Shown here: positions 14,101 to 24,831 of the stretch, piece by piece
Position numbering within the stretch: position 1 is the stretch's first letter
How the letters are laid out: each line of letters starts with the position of its first letter
Source of the DNA: Trichoplax adhaerens
Lineage: Eukaryota > Animalia > Placozoa
NCBI RefSeq assembly: GCF_000150275.1
Contig: NW_002060957.1
Coordinates: forward strand, 918,445 to 982,444
Direction: 5' to 3'
Length of the DNA: 64,000 bases
The notes under the pieces: model-generated
The model's input: only the letters and a program-made list of their open reading frames with translations
Told to the model about the DNA's origin: nothing
Database searches by the model: none
Made by a program: the position numbers and the translations under genes

Positions 14101-16928
14101 CTAAATTGCGAAACCCTCATTTCTTGCCGGAGACAGCAGTAAAAGTTACTTTACTCAATTTTATGATCACTCCAGAAGGATTAGAAGATCAATTGCTTGG
14201 TATCGTAGTAGCTAAAGAAAAACCAGAATTAGAAGAAGAAAGAAATGGATTAATCGTTCAAAGTGCTGAAAATAGAAAACAGCTAAGAGAAATCGAAGAT
14301 AAAATCCTAGAGTTGTTATCAGGCTCAGAAGGTAATATTCTAGAAGATGAAACAGCTATTACTGTTTTATCCTCTTCCAAGGCTCTATCTAATGAGATAT
14401 CTGAAAAGCAAGCCACTGCTGACGAAACTGAACGAGAAATCAACATAGCACGACTTAAATATAAACCGATAGCTGAGCATTCGTCCATTTTATTCTTTAC
14501 TATCGCCGATCTTGCCAATATCGATCCTATGTATCAATATTCTCTAACCTGGTTTGTTAATCTTTATGTTCACGCTATCGAAAATTCTGCAGCTTCCGAA
14601 GACATTACTACCCGATTAAAAAATCTAACAGACCATTTTACTTATTCACTCTATTGCAATGTATGCCGATCACTCTTTGAAAAAGATAAGTTATTATTTT
14701 CTTTCCTACTGGGTGTCAACTTATTGCGAAGTAGGAAAGAAATTGAAGAAATAGAATGGCGATTTTTATTAACTGGCGGTATCGGTCTTGACAATCCTAA
14801 TGAAAATCCAACAACGTGGTTGCCTGCAAAAGCATGGGATGAAATCTGTCGCTTGGATGAATTACCTAATTTCAAAGGGATACGCACTCGATTCTCCATT
14901 TATATTGAAAGATGGAAAGAGATCTATGATAGCTTTGAACCACAAAATGAAGAATTACCTGGTGATTACTCTAGCAAACTACATCGATTCCAGAAATTGT
15001 TAATACTTCGCTGCTTACGACCAGACAAAGTGATACCTGCTGTACTCGACTTTGTAGCGGATAAACTAGGCAAAATGTATGTGGAACCGCCACCATTCGA
15101 CTTGGGGAAAGCATTTGCTGATTCACATTGTTGTACACCATTAATATTTATATTGTCGCCGGGTGCAGATCCAACAGTTGCCTTGCTTAAATTTGCTGAT
15201 GATCAAGGATTCGGTGGAAATCGATTTACTACGCTTTCTCTAGGGCAGGGTCAAGGCCCAATTGCTATGAAAATGATTGATAGAGCGGTAAAAGAAGGAT
15301 CCTGGGTTATGTTACAAAATTGTCATTTAGCAGCTTCCTGGATGCCAACTCTTGAAAGGATTTGCGATGAAATGAATCCAGATACAACCCATCCAGATTA
15401 TCGCTTATGGCTAACGAGTTATCCATCCAAAGATTTCCCTGTAGCTGTATTGCAAAACGGTGTCAAGATGACTAATGAACCACCAAAAGGCTTGAAATTA
15501 AACGTTTTAAGATCATATAATACCGATCCTGTCAATGATCCAAGCTACTTTGAAAGTGTCAAGCAAGGTAAATCGTGGAAAAAATTGCTCTACGGTCTTT
15601 GCTTTTTCCATGGACTTGTACAAGAACGACGTAAATTCGGAGCTTTAGGATGGAATATACCTTATGAATTTAATGAAACAGATCTCCGCATTAGTGTCCA
15701 ACAACTCCATATGTTCTTAAACGATTATGAAACAGTGCCATTCGACGCTATTCGATACTTGACAGGAGAATGCAATTATGGTGGTCGTGTAACGGATGAT
15801 CGAGATCGACGTTTAATAAAATGCATCTTGAATAAATTCTACAATCAAGATATCATTATAAATGATAAATACACATTTTCTCAAAGTGGATCTTATTATG
15901 CACCAGCTGAAGGAAAATATGAGAGTTACTTGGAATATACTAAATCTTTACCAAGTGCTGCCCGTCCAGAGGTATTTGGATTACATGCTAACGCTGACAT
16001 TACCAAAGATCAAAAGGAAACTTATTCATTATTTGACAGTATACTTTTAACTCAAGCAAAAACGACAACTAGTCAAGGTAAATCAAGCGATGAAATTGTA
16101 TCCGAAGTGGCTACTGATATTTTAGCCAAATTGCCATCTGTTTACGATACTGAAGCGGCACTACGCAAATTTCCGACAACTTATACACAAAGTATGAATA
16201 CTGTTTTAGTTCAGGAAATGACTCGATTTAATCATTTAATTCAAACTGTTCATGCAAGCTTAGTTAATGTACAGAAAGCTATCAAGGGTTTAGTAGTAAT
16301 GTCTGCTGATTTAGAGGAAGTAGTAAACAGCATTCTTAAAGGTAAAATTCCAAGTTTATGGATGAAAAAGTCATATCCCTCACTAAAACCATTGGGAAGT
16401 TATGTTAACGATTTACTACAACGATTAAAATTCTTCCAGGAATGGTATGAAATGGGAGAGCCCACTATTTATTGGCTATCTGGATTTTATTTTACTCAAG
16501 CATTCTTGACAGGAGCTCAACAAAATTTTGCTAGAAAATATACTATTCCAATTGATTTATTAGGATTTGATTATGAAGTCTTAGAGGATAAAGACTATGA
16601 AAACCCACCTTCAGATGGCGTCTATGTTCGTGGAGTATTCCTCGAAGGTAGTCGGTGGGATCGGCAGAAAAAGGCTTTAGCAGAATCGCATCCCAAAATA
16701 CTCTATGATGGTATGCCTGTCATATGGCTTAAACCTTGCAAAAAAGAAGATATTCCAGAGCGTAAGGCTTATGCTGCTCCGGTATATAAAACGAGCGAAC
16801 GACGAGGAACATTATCTACAACTGGACATTCAACTAATTATGTTATTAGTATGTCATTGCCAACGGAAGAGCCACCTGAGCATTGGATTATGAGAGGTGT
16901 TGCATTGCTCTGCCAGCTAGATAATTAA
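2190..16928 (+). CDS. DNAH7: Axonemal inner-arm dynein heavy chain 7 (18 coding exons; terminal exon 6978-16928)
   Basis: The long ORF carries the dynein AAA1 P-loop [20 protein letters not shown]2 [11 protein letters not shown]3 [11 protein letters not shown]4 GVGGSGRQS, stalk/MTBD and the C-terminal [15 protein letters not shown]. Upstream GT-AG exons (2190-2201 MENQ, 2728-2799, 3170-3287, 3419-3596 [14 protein letters not shown], 3687-3786 AEKDIL, 3927-4031 [23 protein letters not shown], 5157-5676 etc.) splice in frame and match the DNAH7-specific N-terminal tail as recalled from human DNAH7. The first two exons are least certain. Confidence 0.95.
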
Positions 16929-18823
16929 GTTTCAATACGTGATCCTTAACTAATTCAACAAAATGAATATAACCATTGGACTTTATATTCGTTTCAGCTT
17001 AAAATGTCAATTGACCATTTTTAAATATATGTGACATTATTAGTTAGAATAAATTAGATCATCATAACTTAATTTACACTATGTATGGTTTATACTTTTA
17101 GTTCATTTTTGACTTTAATAGAAGTATTTCTTGTACTTGAGGGTCTGCATCTGCTCGATTCGCAGCCCTATAACAATTACTATATCATGGTGCAATCACT
17201 GTTCTCTACGTATTAGCTTATATAGTGTAACATGAAGAAATCTTTGCTGGATACAGAAATGAAATATGGCTATCTTGTATATATTACATGTAATAATATC
17301 AGTCTCACCAAATTATTTTAAAATGGCAACATTTTTAGTCTACTCGAATTGTGAAAACTTTTATGATGTGCTTTATTTTATATTCAAAATTGAAAATTTC
17401 TCTACCCTCTTCATATCATTCATCGCCGTCATTTGACAGTATAAATCAAATGGCTATTAAAATTATGGTGAATATAATAACAAGAAAAATTTCTAACTTG
17501 ATCTTCAATAGTTTATGCTAATTAGACTGCCCTCGAACAAGGCGATAGTAATTTTATACTAGCACATGTAATAATTAAGTCGTAGACTATTTGTATGACT
17601 ATTTCTACTTCATCAATAAAGCTCTTATTAATTCCTAGCCAAGTTGTTAGTAAATTTCTACTTCTCTAGCAATGCTATAATTGCCAGACAGAAATGGATA
17701 ATCTTTACTATGCCTGTTATAATTATAATATACTGATTACAACTGGGAATCTAGATTGAATAATAATATTAATAAGCCATCTAATATCGTTTCAATCAAG
17801 AATATCGAAAATTTAACATTGGCTTTGCAGTATTAATGCATGCATCTACAAAAGGTATTAACAAACTAGAAAGTACCATCTAATTTTTATACGCGTGTTA
17901 TTTAATATTACAGTAAATGAGTCGATACAAACAGAAACTGCATAGTTTATTCTTAGATAATACCAAGAATTGAAGGTTTTATTAATTATGTTAAATCATT
18001 TACACGAATATCCAGCATCGTCTAAATTGCTTATGAAATTATATCAATTCTGCAATGCAATTATATAACTAAAATTTGGCTTAATACCGTTATTGAATAA
18101 ATGTTACATTGTCTAATAAATCATTCACTAAATACTTGAGAAGTTAAAACCTAAATAAGATGCAGTTACAGGATTCAGTCTGAAAACGTTAATCTGGACA
18201 GGCAGATAAATCCACGATAGTTAATACCCGTACGCGTATGTTTCTGCAGCACTAGATAGTTATAGAACATACATATTGCAAAAGGAATAGTATTATACTT
18301 TAATCTTAATTTTAATTATATAACCATACATGTAGATCTAGAATTATGCTATATCAGAGATATATCTTAGTTCAATCTACATTACTACTTTTAGCCATTC
18401 AAGATTTAATTCAATGCTTATTTAGGTATGTCCAATGTCATCGCAAATGGCTACAGGAAAATCTTCAACAGTGGGTGCAGCACCATTCTAATGGTGATTA
18501 CTATGGTTGGTTCCGTCAGTACAGTACCGTCCGATCCATGAAACCCAGTATATAGTACTGTACATACTACTGTACAGTACAGTACTGTACTGTACTGTAC
18601 TACCATGGCAACAAGACAGACCCTGTGCAAAGAGAGACATGTGTACTGGCGTAGCCCTAGACGTAGGTTCGACTCAGGAGCGAGCCATAACAAGAAAGAT
18701 GCAAAACACTGTTGAATCTTTCTCAAGTCTACTCTAGGCAGCCGAGCGAGAGGGTGGACCATCGAATTATTGTACTGTATGCTGACAGTGGACACAGATA
18801 TAGTAGACTACTGATCAGCCAAG

Positions 18824-21800
18824 ATGCAGAATGTGCAACAACCCAAAAAAAGGAAATTATCCGACGAGATCATTGCGGAAGATGAAGATTATCAACGTGA
18901 TCCTGAGGTAATTTTTAACCATGATAGCACAACCTGTTGAGATGATCATTGCATGAAATTGTGGAAATAGTCCATCAAGCGCATCCAATCGTGGAAAGAC
19001 TACGAAAAGTTAGGCCATCAACACTGCTCGTTTCTGCTATTGACAGTAGAGTACCATATCGGTTTGATGCAACAACATTTAAAATGGATTTATCTGGATA
19101 GTGCTGATGTAGTTGAATTGAATTTTATGCATTGCCTTTTACTCTTCTAGCCTTAAGCACCGTAGTACATGTGTACAGTACAACAGCAGAAGGGTACTGC
19201 TGTAGTCAGCTTCGTTATTCCATGACAGCTCTAGTTATGATGGCATAGATTATTCATGATTTGATTGTGTGCCCTTGTTAATCACGATCATCATTCTTTT
19301 CTCTTGCCTTTTAGCATCCGCGAAACTTAATACCTGAGATTTGCAGGTGCTGTATTGCAAAGTTAATTCATTGTTTGATATTCTGTCAGAAGCGGTGTTC
19401 ATCCTTGGGCTTCTTTGTATAATAACATTGCCCTAACGATTCATGGATAGTCTTTAAAATTGTGTTTTATCAGCAATGGACCATCAGTTATAATTCTTAT
19501 TGCACTTTGACATTCTTGAAGTACATGAGTCCCGTAGGCAATGTAGAATCCTGTAGTTTTCGTGCTATGGGACTTAACGTAGATTGTATTTTTTTACTTT
19601 GTGCATAACAACATTGGATAATATCGCCCTTCAACGCCGTACTGTACATCTACTGCAAATGAATATCCGATTAATAGCTACAATAATAATAATATGAGTG
19701 GACAAACATTCCGATCAGTATTGTCTCGAATATTTTGGTCCAATTAACGCGTCTTCAGTACAGCACTGCAGTATGAAAGAAATCAAAAGATAAAACTACG
19801 TTATTAATAGAAATGCGCTCAAGAGAAACAAATTAGCAATAAGATTATGAATTTCCACTAACTTTTAAGCGTATCGAAGCAGGCATACACACTATGCATT
19901 CTTATGACAGTAACTTGCGTTACTACTAGGTGCCTTATACTCTGTTTGTAAATGCCTGGTTTCAATCATAATGTTGTCGCCATTACAAATAAGCTTGTCT
20001 TTACATAGTGGGTAAAATTAGAAAACCTTTGCTGCAATTGTAAAGAAAATAATACATGCGTAATAGCTGTAGTATAGTCAAAGTTCCTAGATTACATTGG
20101 AGCATGCAGCAGGTAGAGTACTTCATCCAAAGCTTCACCAGATTATACCATTATTGAGTATCACCCTTTATTACTCTGAGAAATAATTGAGACATATCAT
20201 AAAGGAAATAATTATTTGCTAGGTATACTGTATACTGTAATAATCGAACTACACAATAACATCTCGCTTGCTGAATTTGTTCTACAGTAGCAGCTTTACA
20301 GCTCTAACGATTGGCCATTTGCCTTCAATTGTTTCTTACAGGTTATTATACAGTCAGGAAGCAATGACGGGCTCTGGTGGTGCCATAAGCATGAGAAGAA
20401 AGTAAGTAGAAACTTCGTGGTTTATAGCAATTAGTGTCTATATATTACTTGATTCGTAGACGTCAGTGAAGTCTGCTATGAAAGGCATTATTTTGCTTTG
20501 TTGACCCTATCACGACCTGCTTGCATCCATGTACTTTATAGTAAGTTTTGTTTCGTAGCTATATTGGCGTTATGACTTTGACAAACTAGTTAACTGTAAC
20601 TTTGCCCATACCTACATTAATTGACTTGCCAGTTTAAATTATAAAGGTTAGTAAATGCAAATTTATTAATCGAGCATCTAGACAGTGCAATCTTAACGCT
20701 CCTGAAAGCTTTTACACAAAAGTTATGCCACAATCATTGTACTGATAATCTTAACTTTAAACCCCTTAACAATTCGCCATGATTGATCCAACTAACGGTT
20801 GCTGCTCTACTACTGCATAAAGCGATAAAATCTATGTTGCCCCTTCTGGCGTCCAAAAGGAACGTTTGCAGGTACTATTTTAGGCCGTAATGAATACTAT
20901 TGCCAAAGCTATCGTAGCATTGTAACTGTTAAAATTGACTAGTACATCTCTGCGATTATATACTGTATACAAACAAGTTTTAGCATGGAATAGGCCTATG
21001 CCGATTTCATGGTAGGGATCTTGTTTGATGATGCGATGATAGGATTGCTTGTTGCCTAATTTTATTCACCAATTTATCTAGCCCGAGGATATGTTTGTAA
21101 TAAACGACGATGGCGATACACTTAAGCTACCGCTAAATGGGTAAGTACTTCATTATATTTGCCTGAAAGTGGTGTATTAGTAGTTTATTACAATTAGTTT
21201 TTACTTTAATGTCGCTATAAATTATGGCTAGTCATTTTCAGGAGATTTGACAACATGAATGAATCCCATTTCTGAGTAGATTGTGCGGTATTATCCAAAA
21301 CTGTAATTATTTACAACTAAATCAGTTTTTGGGTATTTCAGGAAAATATGCAGAATGAGCCAGTGTACTCCACTCTTTTTGACCATTTATCGACTGCGAG
21401 GTACTGCGGTATTGCTAGAAAAATTAATTGTAAATATGCGGTATATTCCGATGTACTAAGTTTATTATTTTATTATAATACGATATTATAATATTCAATT
21501 GTCAGTGCCTTCTGTATGTATTCATCACTACTCAACTCCTGATTCAATATTTATTAGGATCTGAATGCGTCATACATTCACATTCCAAGAGGGCGGTTTT
21601 GGCAACAATCATTTCGTCAGGAAATGAATTTCGTATTAGTGATCTGCAAATGATTAAGGGTATCTATAAGCGAACCGAAAATAGAAATTATAGGTATGTA
21701 GTATTCATTTATTCTATTGGCTAGTAATTTTTGTGCCTGCTTATTAATTTGATAGGGCAATGCAGTTTATCATTTTAAAGGTATAGGTATTTTTTTTCAG

Positions 21801-22247
21801 ATTTGGTGAAGAAGTTGTAATACCTATCATTGAAAATACTCCTACCGACCCGGAACTACAGGTAGTCATCATGCTAGGATGTAGTTATATAACATATATT
21901 AGAATTTTATTGTAATATAGATCAATTTGTTTCTAATTCTTACGTCAGTATCAATTACTGTATGATATAATTGTCATGAATTGACCCAATTGCTAGGAAA
22001 ATTTAGTCAAAGCAATGGAGAATTATCCAGATACCTGCTGCGTTCTCATACGTAGACATGGACTATACATATGGGGAACTACTTGGCAGCAGGCAAAACT
22101 AATGTAAGAAATGAGCCTTACTTTGTTAATATTGATAATAGTCACCTTATATAACAGATTCTTTGCTAATTAATGTTTCATAGGTATGAATGCTACGAAT
22201 ATTTGTTTGACATAGCAATTCAACTAAAACAGCTTGGGATGAATTAG
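18824..22247 (+). CDS. APIP: Methylthioribulose-1-phosphate dehydratase / APAF1-interacting protein (10 exons)
   Basis: Spliced exons give [12 protein letters not shown]...[11 protein letters not shown]...TGSGGAIS...[20 protein letters not shown]...SQCTPLF...VIHSHS...QMIKGI...IPIIENTP...[12 protein letters not shown]...[11 protein letters not shown]...*. All introns are GT-AG with consistent phase, and the three Zn-ligand His are present. Confidence 0.93.
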
Positions 22248-23307
22248 TGAAAACTGATTACAGAGGTCACTATTGCTATATTTTTGCTTGTCATAGGACT
22301 GTATTATTGTAATTGCTGGAGCTGATGATATACTGCTCCACAGTTATTTAGACGTTGAAGGTTAACAAAGAAAATAACATTTTATTCGGCATATCAGCGA
22401 AAAATACAATATAGTATAAGGAGTTTTTTCACTATGCCTCGGTTTTAAATTCTTCAAAGGAACTGAGAATACTTAACTAAGATATTACAGATAGCCCACT
22501 TTTCTTGTCGACTGATATACTCAAATTGAACATTCTACTCTTACTTCTCATAATCGTTCAACAGTAAATGGATTGGGCATAGCTTATCAAATAAAAGATT
22601 GAAAAAATTGATTATCTTTCTTGTTTGTATGTATATATCAAGATATAATCATGTCTAATCATTATTCAAATATTATTAAAGGCGACTTTTTCTTATGATA
22701 CACATGCATGCATAACACTGATGTACGCAGTATTACAACATGAAAGTTGAAATAACCATGCAGAACATACTAATCAACGTACAAGGGGGTAACGTTGAAA
22801 GATTTCGTAACGACAAAAACATAGTCAATACTGTACGAGGCATGGTAAAACTTTCAACTTACAGTTTTTGATTACACTACACACACACTAATTTGATGCT
22901 AATTCTTTAGTATGATTTACAGATATTCAGTTGAGATAGGTACAAATAGTGTAGTTAGGTAGGCGAGATTTACAGCATAGGGTAAAATTTCGCTTAACAG
23001 CATTCATCGTAATCGGGTGAACTAGTATGAGTTCTTCTAATAATTATAGTGTTGTATGGATGAAAAGTTACAAGAGTTGGGATATCCAAGATTTTACATA
23101 CTGCAGATTCTAAATTTCGTAGATACACTGCATTCAAATACTAAAGTACCTTATAACTATATAGAATTTATTCTCGATATACGTCGTCCACTTGAAATGT
23201 TGAATACAGACAGACGTTCATATTGCTATCTAATAGCATCAGTATTATCATTTAACGTTCAAATGAAACTGTTCATGATGATTGCAATAGAGGCTGGCAA
23301 ATGGCAA

Positions 23308-23910
23308 TCAGTGTAATGATTCCATGACTTTTCGAGCTTCCTTTAATTCCCTAATAAGTTCACGAAGTCCTTCTCGATCGGTCGTGAAAGCAGCAGACTT
23401 GACCTCATCATTGCTATCAGTAGCGGTATAATTTAATTTTAAATGAAATTCTGGTTGATCAACTTGTTGCTGTACACTCGAACTCATAACGTAATCGACG
23501 CGCCAATCGCATGACTTAAACTTGGATAATCGTAAGGAAGTGTCTTGCAATACTTGACGTAATTTTTCCACGTTATCGTGGTATGCCCGACATAATCCTG
23601 TAGCATGTTCTTTCGGCAAACCTAACTGTTGCAATTCATTGCATAATGCATCACTTTCCATATTATATTTAGCAGCATTGCATAAGATAAAATGAGACGT
23701 TGCAATACTCCCTTTAATATCAGATAAATCAAATTTAGCATCGGCTGTCAACTTGTATACTTTATCATAATTTAATTCTCCTTCTAACATGCATTTGATG
23801 ACCTGAGTGATGAGAAGTTTCATCTTAACCGAAGACATCTTGGATAGATTGGTAATTTCGGCTAATACCCAATCAGGACAGTCTAAATCTCCACAAAATT
23901 TAAATTTCAT
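23308..23910 (-). CDS. COMMD4: COMM domain-containing protein 4, single coding exon
   Basis: The N-terminus MKFKFCGDLDCPDWVLAEI is diagnostic of COMMD4. ELQQLGLPKEHA and the COMM-domain WRVDY motif are present in the 200-aa uninterrupted ORF. Confidence 0.96.
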   Translation of the reverse strand: MKFKFCGDLDCPDWVLAEITNLSKMSSVKMKLLITQVIKCMLEGELNYDKVYKLTADAKFDLSDIKGSIATSHFILCNAAKYNMESDALCNELQQLGLPKEHATGLCRAYHDNVEKLRQVLQDTSLRLSKFKSCDWRVDYVMSSSVQQQVDQPEFHLKLNYTATDSNDEVKSAAFTTDREGLRELIRELKEARKVMESLH

Positions 23911-24350
23911 CTTGCCTTAGTCTGGTAAAAGTTGATCAGTACGATAAAATGGACTTTATTCTAACGATTCGATAGGTAAGAATGCAATCAATAAGTCAAA
24001 GGGGCTAAAAAATTGCAATTTTCCTCTCCGCAATGGTGGTCAGCAATCGCCAATATTCTAGTGGAAGTAATTTGGTAGTAATTTGGTCAAGGACTGCTAC
24101 ATTCTATAGAATACGCTGGAATCGACAGTACTGACACCATCCAGTATGGCCAGCGCACTATGGAATCGAGCAATCCACTAGGGTAGATGGATTGCAGCTC
24201 GACGCCCGATGAAAAGAAGTGGCGGTGGGTGTGGCCGCAAGCCTTCTCGACTCTCAATGCACCATCTACCTGTATTTGTATAGGATTATCAGCGCTGTAT
24301 GGGACGTCATATAGTCATCGACCATGATGGAGATCGATCGCCAATTTCTT

Positions 24351-24364
24351 GTTGTCATGGAAAC
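24351..24364 (+). promoter_or_regulatory. X-box-like element in the COMMD4/PMS1 divergent promoter
   Basis: GTTGTC-AT-GGAAAC, a near-palindromic RFX consensus, sits roughly midway between the two divergent start codons. Confidence 0.45.
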
Positions 24365-24831
24365 AACTAGATTGAAAATGAATGCAGGTATCAAAGTATA
24401 GTCCCTAGCATGCTATTTTGTATCACTTATTTCTTCCTTTGGAAACATTGTATCAAAGCATTCCGACCTCTCCGTAGCAGAGCTTGGCGGCCTAATTGCA
24501 AAGTGTTGTGCAATATGTTGTCGTTAGTTTGATAGCTATCGTAGGGATGAAATAGCTGTTAGTGCTATAGCAATTTGAGTAGATTGTAGCCATTTGTAGG
24601 ACGTAGCACTAGTGAGCTTTTTAGTGACCACTTTCAAGTCTGCAGCAACAACAGGTAGCTGGTTGCACCTTTACTCCACGCTTGCAGTATACAAAATTCG
24701 TCCAACCGCTGCTGCTGCTGATCAATTCAGGAAGAATTGGACTTTGGAGATTGTCAACAGTTAATTTCTGATATTGGATCTTCCAATAGCATATCAAATT
24801 GTCGTCTATTGGCTGTTTTCTCATCTCGATC

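Noticed and set aside
7063-16893. Alternative-frame and antisense ORFs inside DNAH7
   Set aside because: These are shadow ORFs expected within a long coding exon, with no recognisable motifs.
18647-18680. tRNA-like A box (TGGCGTAG) and B box (GGTTCGACTC)
   Set aside because: The boxes are only ~11 nt apart, the T-stem does not pair and no cloverleaf forms.
20760-20822. CCCTTAAC U12-like branch site in an APIP intron
   Set aside because: The donor is GTAAGT (U2 type) and the motif lies ~50 nt from the acceptor.
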